A DNA stretch of 61,680 nucleotides, counting the filler. It is 4 parts of 4 records of this genome, joined end to end, with 100 filler letters (N's around TTAATTAATTAA, not from the genome) between each part and the next. Parts side by side here need not be neighbours in the genome. Positions count along the whole stretch, not along the records: positions 17,375 to 37,658 come from SRR20825006_2530; 3 more parts are not named here. One strand, 5' to 3'. The notes under the pieces are model-generated. The model saw nothing but the letters and a program-made list of their open reading frames with translations. It did no database searches and was not told where the DNA came from. This document shows, in pieces, positions 18,145 to 26,475 of the stretch. The stretch's first letter is position 1; each line of letters begins with the position of its first letter. The position numbers and the translations under genes are program-made.

Positions 18145-19395
18145 TTAAAGCGTCTCGAGGAAGAGGATCAGGTCAGCCCGCGATGCCTCATCGAGCTGTT
18201 CACCTGTCGGGTGTCCGCCGAGCAGCAGGTCGTCTAACGTGGCCGCGCTCAGGTCATGGAGGTAAGGCCCTCCTCTGGAGAGGCCGAGCAAACTTGGCGC
18301 TCTGTAAAACCCTGTCCCGCGCGTGATCGATCGCGAGATCGAAGGATCACTGGTCAATGCGCTCGCTGGGATGAGTTCACCGCTATAACCGCGCTCCGGG
18401 ATATGGCACCCCGAGCACTTTTGCATAAAGAGCGCCTCGCCAGCCTGGAGCGCCTCGCTCTGTGCGGGAGGTTCGGTATCCGGCGGTTGCAGGGACATGA
18501 CGAACATCGCCAGCGCCCATGGGAGCGCGCGATCCGGCCTGGCCTCGAACGAGTGATTGATAATGTACTGGGTCTCGAACCTGACCGCTGCGCTGGCCGG
18601 GGTGACCACTTTGATCGAGCCGCTCGCGTTGAAGTAGGCTTGCTCGGAAGCGCCCCAGAGGTTCGGGATCGCGACCGGGTCGTCGACGTTGTCGTTGGTG
18701 ACGTCGAGCTTGCCAGGACCCCAGTAGATAAAGGGCTCGGCGCTCAGACCGCGTGATTCCATGTAGAGGGCGCGTGCGCGTCCCATGTCGATCTGCGAGT
18801 CAGCGAAGCCGGGTTCATTGTTGGCGCCATGGCAAAGTCCGCACGTGATCCCGACGCGCTCGCGTCCTCTGGGGTCGATGTAGCGTGTGAAGCCGCGAAG
18901 CGATCCGTCTGCGTTTTGTTTCAAGCCGACCTCTTCCCAGTACTCCGGGTGCTGCGCGATCCATTCGATGTAGGGATCGCGGCGCATCGGCATCTCCCAA
19001 AACGCGCGCTCACCGAGCGCGAGCCACTCATCGCGTGTTTCGGGGCGCTTCTCCATGAGCGATGTCGGCGTAAAGGGGCGGTCTGTATCGGGTCCGTAGA
19101 CGGGCGCGACCTGGAAGTCGAGGATCGGGAGCAGATCCCAGCCACCCCGTTCGAGGCCGTAGTTTTCGAGCAACTTCTTGGCGTAAGGGAGGTCTGGACG
19201 CCACATCGTCTCTTCGAGGCGCGCGCGTCTCCAGGCGCGATCTTCGAGGTAATCCTGGGAATGAAGCTCCATCCAGGCGACCGGATCTTCTGGCTCCGGG
19301 GGGAGAACCTCGGGCGAATCACCACAGGCTGTCATCAGGAGGGTGACAAGGAGAATCAGGGTGGCGAGCGCCATGTGATGTGTGCTCTGCATCAT
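18145..19395 (-). CDS. Di-heme c-type cytochrome lipoprotein
   Basis: Two CxxCH motifs (CGLCH, CSGCH), GEALF before the second, YRAPSLLG...PYLHD tail typical of the CCP/MauG/RoxA-like fold; lipobox MTAC suggests a start near 19395, not 19530. Confidence 0.8.
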   Translation of the reverse strand: MMQSTHHMALATLILLVTLLMTACGDSPEVLPPEPEDPVAWMELHSQDYLEDRAWRRARLEETMWRPDLPYAKKLLENYGLERGGWDLLPILDFQVAPVYGPDTDRPFTPTSLMEKRPETRDEWLALGERAFWEMPMRRDPYIEWIAQHPEYWEEVGLKQNADGSLRGFTRYIDPRGRERVGITCGLCHGANNEPGFADSQIDMGRARALYMESRGLSAEPFIYWGPGKLDVTNDNVDDPVAIPNLWGASEQAYFNASGSIKVVTPASAAVRFETQYIINHSFEARPDRALPWALAMFVMSLQPPDTEPPAQSEALQAGEALFMQKCSGCHIPERGYSGELIPASALTSDPSISRSITRGTGFYRAPSLLGLSRGGPYLHDLSAATLDDLLLGGHPTGEQLDEASRADLILFLETL

Positions 19396-19523
19396 GGCTT
19401 TCGATAGGAGCAAGAAGCGCTCCAGTCGATCCAAAGAGATCTCGGTGCAACGCTGAAGTGCGCATGAAATAAAGGAGCGTGCATTGTTTGGATTTGGAAC
19501 ACCGAGGTGATTCTCGAAGGATC

Positions 19524-19576
19524 GGATCACAGGAATCCGAGGATCGCGCGAAGCGATCCTCGGATTCCTGTGATCC
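19524..19576. repeat. Perfect 24-bp inverted repeat with 5-nt GCGAA loop
   Basis: GGATCACAGGAATCCGAGGATCGC-GCGAA-GCGATCCTCGGATTCCTGTGATCC. Confidence 0.95.
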
Positions 19577-19601
19577 TCGAGCGGTGTGATGACGCCGTGG
19601 G

Positions 19602-20090
19602 TTATTCTTCGTCTTCTGCGCCGTCTTCTTCCGCTTCCTCTTCCTCTTCCTCTTCCGTTTCTTCACCGCTGACATCTTCGACGACGACATCCTCTGTTTT
19701 GTAGCAGCGGTAGACGCACTTGTTCTCCTCGCAGAAGCGCTCGCCAGGGCATTTCAGGGTATCCATCCCCTCGCAGTCCGAGACGGCCTGACAGGTCGAG
19801 TCCTCATCCACGCTCGAGGCGCCAAAGCTCTTTTGGGCGGGCGCGGAGCTTTCGATGACGACTTCACCGTCGGACTCTTCGGAACCCATCTCGAGGTCGA
19901 TCTCGCCCTCTGGCGCGGGTTCAGAGCCAGGAGCATCGGAGGGTGTTTGTGCGCGAGAAGGGGTGGCCTGTTCGCTCGTGCCTGTTGGAACGGAGTCATC
20001 GATGCCAGATGTCTTTGGCGTCGAGCATCCGTATAGAAGGATCGAGATCGCGACCACGAAAAAGCCACCACAGCAGAACCTTTGCTTCAT
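19602..20090 (-). CDS. Hypothetical lipoprotein with small Cys-rich module and acidic tail
   Basis: Lipobox LYGC; six Cys in CQAVSDC...CPGERFCEENKCVYRC; poly-Glu tail. Confidence 0.7.
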   Translation of the reverse strand: MKQRFCCGGFFVVAISILLYGCSTPKTSGIDDSVPTGTSEQATPSRAQTPSDAPGSEPAPEGEIDLEMGSEESDGEVVIESSAPAQKSFGASSVDEDSTCQAVSDCEGMDTLKCPGERFCEENKCVYRCYKTEDVVVEDVSGEETEEEEEEEAEEDGAEDEE

Positions 20091-20433
20091 ATTACCCCCG
20101 ATCAAAACAGATCACAGTCATTCTCGAACTCGTGAGTTTATCTTACCAAATAACAGATACGCGCGTCATGTTTGGCAGTGTTGCGTTGTCTTCGGGCACA
20201 GCGCGTCCAGCCATGACAGACACCCTACAGAGGTCGACGCGTGGGTGTCTTCTGTATTCACACGAGGAGAGCATCCGAGGAGCGGTTTTTGTGGAGTCTG
20301 TGTTTTGTTCTCCTCTAGCAGACGTGGCGTGCTCTATTCAGGGTTTGCGCTAGATAGAGCGCTGGCGATGATAGAGTGGTAGACTCGGGGTATTCGTTGT
20401 CGATGGAATCGCAGTCATGCAGAGGAGGAGACC

Positions 20434-20691
20434 ATGTCCGAGGGGCTCACGCAAATGAAGGTGGCATTGGCGATGCTCGAGGAGATCGTCGCGTGACTCG
20501 GGGAGGATCGTGTCGTCTCGCACGCTATCGATCACGACCGCCAGCGCAACGAAGACAAGGCCATCGCCGCGCTGCTGGTCCCTCGTGAGGCGGTCGAAAG
20601 CGTCAAGGCGATGTGCGCCGAGCGCACATCGCCCATCGAGTGCTACGGACCTTTTGCGCCCTATTCATTCGTCGAGTTTCGCCTCGGTTGA
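20434..20691 (+). pseudogene. GvpL/GvpF-like C-terminal fragment with in-frame TGA at 20494-20496
   Basis: GAGGAG before ATG 20434; reading through the TGA gives ...AALLVPREAVESVKAMCAERTSPIECYGPFAPYSFVEFRLG*, resembling the GP(W/F)xPY(S/N)FV terminus of GvpL/F proteins. Confidence 0.5.
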
Positions 20692-20713
20692 TTCGCGCAT
20701 CGCCATCGACACC

Positions 20714-20833
20714 CCGGAAAGAGCCCGGCGCGCTTTTTTGCAATCGCCACTCCCTTGCCAGAAGACAAACGCCAAGAGATGGCACCTTCCCAGGACTCAC
20801 TCCAGGCAAAAAAGCGCGCCGGGCTCTTTCCGG
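20714..20833. repeat. REPIN/MITE-like element: perfect 28-bp inverted repeats around a 64-bp core
   Basis: CCGGAAAGAGCCCGGCGCGCTTTTTTGC (20714-20741) and its exact reverse complement (20806-20833). Confidence 0.85.
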
Positions 20834-20977
20834 CCACCAACATCAGGCGCCTCGTTTTCAAGAGGTAATGATCGTATCGCGAGGATCGGAGACGTGCAGG
20901 ATAGATGTCGTTATGAGAGCATACGCGGCGTAAGAGGCAGGAGTCCGCGATAAATCGAGAACAAGGAGCACAGAGCC

Positions 20978-21253
20978 ATGAAGATCCCACCATCGATGCT
21001 GAGCGAGCAGGCCTTGCGCGGCATCGCGCTCGAGTTCGTGAGCCGAGAGGGGACCGATTATGGTCACAAGGACTGGGACATGGAGACCAAGGTCGAGCAG
21101 GTGCTCGGCCAGATCGCGCGCGGCGATGTCATGATCCTGGCCGATCCCGATACGGGCTCTTGTAACCTCGTCCCGAGGAAGGATGGCGAGCACGTGCTGC
21201 GCGTGCAGGAGGAGCTCGATCGTCTCGAACAGGTGGACAGGGAAGGGGCGTGA
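20978..21253 (+). CDS. yheU: YheU family protein (UPF0270)
   Basis: MKIPPSMLSEQAL...EFVSREGTDYG...KVEQVLGQIARGD...SCNLV matches the YheU pattern; AGGAG RBS. Confidence 0.88.
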   Translation: MKIPPSMLSEQALRGIALEFVSREGTDYGHKDWDMETKVEQVLGQIARGDVMILADPDTGSCNLVPRKDGEHVLRVQEELDRLEQVDREGA

Positions 21254-22062
21254 TGTCCGAGGATGGATCGCTAAAGCTGCCATCCGAGCAACCCACCGAT
21301 GATCAGCTCGTCAGCATGTCCGAGGATCGCGAAGACGGCATACTCATGCCTCACGAGTATACGTTTCGTAGGGCTGCCCTGGACACGATCAAGCAAAACC
21401 CCATCTTCACGATAATCCTGCTCGTGATCGGAATCGCTCAGGTGGCCCTGTCGGCATTCTCAGATCCTGGCGACATCATCGGCGCGAGCGATTTGATGAT
21501 GATGGGCGCCTTTTGGGCCACCGTTTATGGAGTCATACTCGGATACGCTGGGCTGCGCACGATGAGTGAGGAGCGCGAACGCCGAGAAGTCGCGCTGATG
21601 GAGCGCGCGGTCGCGCTCGACGATGGCCCCGACAAGGAGAACACGCTCCCCTTCGAGTTCTTGCCATTCACGACCCGCGTACGCCTGAGCGTCACTCCGG
21701 TGTTGCGAAAGAACAGGGTGCCGATCGGCGCGGGGGTGGCAATCATTCTCGCGACCAGTGCGTTCATGGCGGTCGCTGGCAGTCCACAGGATGGCTTCGG
21801 GTGCGTGTTAGCCGGGCTCTTGATATACGCGCTCGCGGCGGGGCCCTTGCTCTTGAAAGAGATCGTCAGACCGAGCAAAGACATCCAGCGCAGTATCAAC
21901 GCCAAGCAGAACATACGTCGCCTCGCGACAAGACCCGAGCGAGCCAATATGAAGGGTTCTCTCAGCCTCGACACCAGCGATGAAGAAGATCGCGCGGGCG
22001 GCCTGACCATGAGCCAGGAGAAGGGTGCCATATCAGCAGCAGAGCCCGATAAGCTCGAATGA
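21250..22062 (+). CDS. Hypothetical membrane protein (about 4 TM segments)
   Basis: Four hydrophobic stretches; GTGA overlap with the yheU stop. Confidence 0.75.
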   Translation: MMSEDGSLKLPSEQPTDDQLVSMSEDREDGILMPHEYTFRRAALDTIKQNPIFTIILLVIGIAQVALSAFSDPGDIIGASDLMMMGAFWATVYGVILGYAGLRTMSEERERREVALMERAVALDDGPDKENTLPFEFLPFTTRVRLSVTPVLRKNRVPIGAGVAIILATSAFMAVAGSPQDGFGCVLAGLLIYALAAGPLLLKEIVRPSKDIQRSINAKQNIRRLATRPERANMKGSLSLDTSDEEDRAGGLTMSQEKGAISAAEPDKLE

Positions 22063-22094
22063 GCTCGAATGAGCTCGAATAAGTTCGAATAAGC
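22049..22094. repeat. 10-bp tandem repeat (RAGCTCGAAT) x about 4.5
   Basis: AAGCTCGAAT GAGCTCGAAT GAGCTCGAAT AAGTTCGAAT AAGC spanning a stop codon between convergent genes. Confidence 0.9.
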
Positions 22095-22102
22095 AGCCTG
22101 TG

Positions 22103-22879
22103 TCAGTTCGAGATCAATCCCATCTCGAGCGCCCAACGTCGTATGGCGAGGACCTCTTCACCGGTGAGTTCGAGCGCCTGGAGTGATTTTTTGCTCGAGA
22201 GCACCGCCTCGATCCTGGCGCGAGAACGCACGGCGTTCTGGTGGTAGGTGTTGCGCGCTTTCGCGAGCGAATCGGCCGAGTGATTCTCGATCGTGATGCC
22301 CGAGAAGTTCGCGCACGCCTCGGTCAACGTCAGCCTCCCGCATGTCAGGGCCACGCGATCCTCGATAAACTGACGGGTGGTCTCCCTGGTTCGCTTACTG
22401 CAAAGCGGCGCGATGCGCTCGACGAAGAAGAGCTGGAGTTGTTCGTCGACATCGCGCGAGAGGAGCATCTCTCCCAATATCGGCATCGCTTCGAGCACAT
22501 CGATCGAGCCCGGGTGTTCGAGCATGGCAGGGGAGGTGACCTGAACAGCAGCGTTCTCCTCATCGTCGAGCGAGACGGTGTGGCGCTGATACTTCGAGCG
22601 CTCGCGCTTGACGGCGCCGAAGGCATTCCTGAGCGATCGCAGCACCACACCCTCGGCTGATTTCTTCACATCGATCGCGCGTCCTCGTCGCAGCCATGCC
22701 TCGAGCAACGTGGAGACGACCTCGTCGTGATCGACGCCGCCGCGTGACCAGCTCGCGAAGCGAGCGCGAATCTTGCCGCTGGACATGTAGTCGAGCAGCG
22801 TCTTGCAGGCGTCAGGGCGAAGCGGATCGTTCGCGCCGAGGTGTGCGAGGGCTTGATCCAGGGTTTGAATCGTGGTCAT
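22103..22879 (-). CDS. Hypothetical protein, possibly a divergent ECF-sigma-like DNA-binding protein
   Basis: AAGGAG RBS; DHDEVVSTLLEAW...VVLRSLRNAF loosely resembles sigma region 2, and the C-terminal helical segment resembles region 4. The function call is weak. Confidence 0.6.
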   Translation of the reverse strand: MTTIQTLDQALAHLGANDPLRPDACKTLLDYMSSGKIRARFASWSRGGVDHDEVVSTLLEAWLRRGRAIDVKKSAEGVVLRSLRNAFGAVKRERSKYQRHTVSLDDEENAAVQVTSPAMLEHPGSIDVLEAMPILGEMLLSRDVDEQLQLFFVERIAPLCSKRTRETTRQFIEDRVALTCGRLTLTEACANFSGITIENHSADSLAKARNTYHQNAVRSRARIEAVLSSKKSLQALELTGEEVLAIRRWALEMGLISN

Positions 22880-23140
22880 GGCGAAGCTCCTTCAATCATC
22901 GTCTTTCGCCAGCGCCGCGAGCTGTCTCGAGAGCGCGGTGGCGAATGAGGTGTCCAAAAACGCCGAGCCGATATCGGCTGACACCTGACAATGTGAGGGA
23001 GCAGGCGGCACGATATGTGCCGCCAAATCGATTTGGCCAAAAACGTGCCGAGAAAATTACGTTACATAATACTTTTGACCGCCATATATACAGCTTTCAA
23101 ATCAGCGGGTGTAGGAGAGTGTTGAAGATATTCAAGAGAA

Positions 23141-23692
23141 TCAAAACCACCCCACCCACGCCCCATAAAAACTCCACGGCAGCTCCTGATCGATGCCACA
23201 CGCTTCGAGCATCGCGGCGATATAGGTGTTGGAGTTTGGTCCGGGCCAGATCAGATAACGATGTCGATGGCGATAGGCCGGTGATTCTTGTGTGATGCAC
23301 GCTGCAAACGTTCGCGCTATCTCCCCTCGCCAGAGAGCGATGATACGTCGACCTCCATCGCCCACGTCCTGGTGCGCGGGCAAGAGGTCCTGCCTCACGT
23401 GCCGGTGTGGTCCACCAGCGTGTTGCCACACCTCCCATCGCTGCCACTCCCCCTGCTCGCGGATAGCGAACCACCCATGGTCCGCGATGTGCGTCCCTGG
23501 CACCCTCGCCGCGTAAAGAACCACGAGTGATTCATCCGGCGCGACGTTCGAGATATCGGGTTCTCTGTCTGGAAAGCTTCGTTCATACAGGCCCGGAACG
23601 ACCAGCGCGGTGAGCCATACGATCGCGCATGAAAACACCAGGAGCAGCAGCCGTACACCTCGGGACTTCTTTTCGGGAGGATCATGATTCAT
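23141..23692 (-). CDS. DUF3750 family protein
   Basis: N-terminal TM; YAAR, HGWFA, WQRWEV and YLIWPGPNSNTY motifs. Confidence 0.8.
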   Translation of the reverse strand: MNHDPPEKKSRGVRLLLLVFSCAIVWLTALVVPGLYERSFPDREPDISNVAPDESLVVLYAARVPGTHIADHGWFAIREQGEWQRWEVWQHAGGPHRHVRQDLLPAHQDVGDGGRRIIALWRGEIARTFAACITQESPAYRHRHRYLIWPGPNSNTYIAAMLEACGIDQELPWSFYGAWVGWF

Positions 23693-23802
23693 CAGACATA
23701 TGCACTGGTTTCGAGCAGTTTGCAGGATAGATTATGATTAGATATGATGACTATGAAATCATGTCGCGTGATAAAGCGCGTATCTTTTTTAAGGGTAGGT
23801 TC

Positions 23803-24873
23803 ATGACGAACACCACGATCCGAGCACATGTCACGAAAACGATCGCATTTTCGATCCTCTTGCTCTGTGTCGCATGTGGAAACGACACAGACGCCACCGA
23901 TGATTCCATGACGACTCCGGCGATGACCACGCCCGAGACCGAAGACATGTCACCCGAGGGAACGGGGGACATGAACACGGAAGAGATCGATATGGATCAG
24001 GGCGAGGACGTCGCGGATGCGGATATGGGGTCGCCTGAAGAGGATATGAGCGAGCCGCTCGTGCAACATTGCGACGCCAGGGTCGAGACAGACCGGGATG
24101 GCGATGGGCAGGTCGACTCGGCGGATTTCTACAGATACGACGAGCGCGGGCTCATCGTGAAGCTCGAGAAGGACCTCGACTTCGACCAGCAGATCGATAC
24201 CGAGGAGATCTACACCTACAATGATGACGACCTCGTGATCAAAGCCGAGGTCGACGAGGATCTCGACGGCACCATCGATAGCGAAACCACGATAAACTAC
24301 GACACCTCGGGCAACGAGGTCCTGCGACGCACGGATCGAGATCTCGACGGGAGCTACGAGCAGGTGATCGAGCAAACCTGGGAAGAAGGTTTGCTCGTCG
24401 AGAGGGTCGATACGCAATTTGGTGAGGCGCCATCGAGGACGCTCTGGACCTACACCGAGTTCGGAGAGATCGAAACGATCGACTTCCTGTCAGGCACCGC
24501 ACGCCAGACCTTTACGACCTCTTTCTACGACGAAAACAATCGCCTGACGCATATCGAGATCGACTATTACTTCGGTCAACCGACGGTCGGCATGAAGACC
24601 ACCCGAAGGTTCACCTACGACGCCGAGGGACGCCTGGCAAAGACCGAGGAGTACGATGGCGCAGACATGCTCGGCGCGACGTACACCTACACCTACGATG
24701 AGAACGATAACCCACTCACCGAGACGGTCGATCAGGGCGACGCCGCTCCCACCACGATCAAGCGTTGGGAGTACGATGATCAGGATAGAGTCATTCGTTA
24801 CACCATGAGTCGTCTCATGCCAGAGACGCTCCTCTTCGAGATCACCACGACCCTCCTGTGCGAAGAGATGTGA
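23803..24873 (+). CDS. Acidic lipoprotein with YD-like beta-hairpin repeats and DxDxDG loops
   Basis: Lipobox CVAC; repeats YRYDERG, YTYNDDD, FTYDAEGRL, YTYDEND; DRDGDG, DEDLDG, DRDLDG. Start placed at ATG 23803 because of the signal peptide. Confidence 0.8.
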   Translation: MTNTTIRAHVTKTIAFSILLLCVACGNDTDATDDSMTTPAMTTPETEDMSPEGTGDMNTEEIDMDQGEDVADADMGSPEEDMSEPLVQHCDARVETDRDGDGQVDSADFYRYDERGLIVKLEKDLDFDQQIDTEEIYTYNDDDLVIKAEVDEDLDGTIDSETTINYDTSGNEVLRRTDRDLDGSYEQVIEQTWEEGLLVERVDTQFGEAPSRTLWTYTEFGEIETIDFLSGTARQTFTTSFYDENNRLTHIEIDYYFGQPTVGMKTTRRFTYDAEGRLAKTEEYDGADMLGATYTYTYDENDNPLTETVDQGDAAPTTIKRWEYDDQDRVIRYTMSRLMPETLLFEITTTLLCEEM

Positions 24874-24897
24874 ACTCGCGCTGGGAAAACAATGCAC

Positions 24898-24935
24898 ACA
24901 AACAAGGCGGCTTTGGCCGCCTTGTTTGTTGTTTG
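24898..24935 (+). terminator. Intrinsic terminator
   Basis: ACAAACAAGGCGGC-TTTG-GCCGCCTTGTTTGT perfect 14-bp stem plus T-rich tail, 25 bp after the stop. Confidence 0.8.
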
Positions 24936-25193
24936 TATGGTCTCGAGCGGGCTCGATCGCAGCCGTGACGACCTCTCCTCCCTGGATGCGAGCGTCGAGC
25001 GCCTCTTGCTCGAGCAACCCGCGCGCCAACCCTTCGGGCGCCGAAGGATCCTCGCTCACCGCCACCATTTCGATTTCTATGACAGCGCCGCCGTGAAGTG
25101 GTCGCGCGTTCGATGCGAGAACGCTCGAACCACTTAAACTCTGGTCGGTTTCCACGCATAGCCTTCCAAAACGGCGAGGTTTGACCGAACAGG

Positions 25194-25243
25194 AATGACA
25201 ATTAATAAACAACATTGACAATCAATGAACAATAATGAGAAAT
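25194..25243 (+). promoter_or_regulatory. Five phased 10-bp AT-rich direct repeats containing TTGACA
   Basis: AATGACAATT/AATAAACAAC/ATTGACAATC/AATGAACAAT/AATGAGAAAT upstream of the HTH-ATPase gene. Confidence 0.65.
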
Positions 25244-25286
25244 AGAAGCATGTTCTGAACCTGTTCTTTTAAAGTGAGGCTCGAGA

Positions 25287-26465
25287 ATGAGCGACGAGTA
25301 CATGACGTTCGAGCAAGCCGCCGAGTTCCTGAACACCTCTTCGAGCACGCTGTATCGCTGGCTCAGAGAGGAGAAGGTCCCGGCGCACAAGCTCGGGAGG
25401 CAGTGGCGATTTCTGCGAGAGGAGCTCGAGCGCTGGCGCGCTGGCGAGCGCGATGACTCGCCAGATCTGGTGCTGGCCCAGCTCGAACAATTGCTGACAA
25501 CAAGAATCCAAGAGAGGAAGGAGAAGGGTATGGAGACGATCCAGATGACGGAGACCGAGGCGCTCGGCGCGCGTATTTTGTGGGATGCGTTCGATAGTGG
25601 GGCGAGCGTGGTGCATGTGCAGCCGTTCAAGGACCACCATCAGCTCAGTTACAGGACGGACGCTGGGCTCGAGCACCTGATCGAGCTTCCCGCAGACGCC
25701 TTCGAGGCGCTCGATCGCCAATGGAGCACCTCGAGCCAACCGACGCGAACCTCTCAGGCGCGTCGGATGTACATCGAGCGCGAGCGCGGCGCCGAAAAAG
25801 AAGGAGAAGAGGACGCGCGAGACGCGCTCCAGATCCGCTACCAGAAGCTCGAGACGCTCGCTGGCGATCGGCTCACCCTCCAGCTCTTGCGCACCGACCC
25901 GAGCTACATCTCGCTCTCGCGCGTGGCTCATGGCGATGACCGAGAGCACCTGCACACCTGGCTCACGGCGGGCCATGGATTGATTCTGATTTCGGGGAAG
26001 AGCGGCTCGGGGAAAACGACCACCGCATACGCGTGCCTCAACGAGCTGGCATCGCGCGGCGACCTGGTGATTTTCACCATCGAGGAGTCCGCGGGCACGC
26101 TGTTGCCCGGCGTCAATCAGGTCGAGATCGATCTCGATGACGCGGCGGCTTACCGCGCGACGTTCTCGGCGGTGTTTAACTCGGATCTGGACGTGCTGTT
26201 TATCGCGTCGACCTTCGCGCAGCCCCACCAATCCTTGCTATGGAGCACGGCGGTCAATGCCGCAGAGAGCGGCCACCTGGTCCTTGTCCAGATCGAGGCG
26301 GAGTCGGCTCACGACGCCATCGCGCGCTTTGGCGAGGGCACCGATCGCTCATTCGAGGATGTCTTGATAGGCTCCTGCTGGCAGGAGCTTGTCCCCGAGG
26401 CATCGGGCCAGGGGCGCTACGCGCGCTACGATATGGTCGACGGCGCGCTCGCCCCTGGCAAATGA
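25287..26465 (+). CDS. Excisionase-type HTH (HTH_17) fused to a degenerate GspE/PilB-type P-loop domain
   Basis: YMTFEQAAEFLNTSSSTLYRWLREEKVPAHKLGRQWRF; ASVVHVQP; Walker A GKSGSGKTTT; TIEE; VNQVEI; AAESGHLV. Confidence 0.85.
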   Translation: MSDEYMTFEQAAEFLNTSSSTLYRWLREEKVPAHKLGRQWRFLREELERWRAGERDDSPDLVLAQLEQLLTTRIQERKEKGMETIQMTETEALGARILWDAFDSGASVVHVQPFKDHHQLSYRTDAGLEHLIELPADAFEALDRQWSTSSQPTRTSQARRMYIERERGAEKEGEEDARDALQIRYQKLETLAGDRLTLQLLRTDPSYISLSRVAHGDDREHLHTWLTAGHGLILISGKSGSGKTTTAYACLNELASRGDLVIFTIEESAGTLLPGVNQVEIDLDDAAAYRATFSAVFNSDLDVLFIASTFAQPHQSLLWSTAVNAAESGHLVLVQIEAESAHDAIARFGEGTDRSFEDVLIGSCWQELVPEASGQGRYARYDMVDGALAPGK

Positions 26466-26475
26466 TACGCGCCTA

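Noticed and set aside
20494-20496. In-frame TGA as possible selenocysteine or recoding
   Set aside because: No redox motif context, no evident SECIS hairpin, and other genes in the contig use TGA as stop.
23731-23760. Three TATGA(T/A) direct repeats in a divergent promoter
   Set aside because: Too short and irregularly spaced to support a call.
25287-25450. Excisionase-like HTH as a sign of a prophage or integrative element
   Set aside because: No integrase, att site or phage gene nearby; the HTH is fused to an ATPase-like domain.
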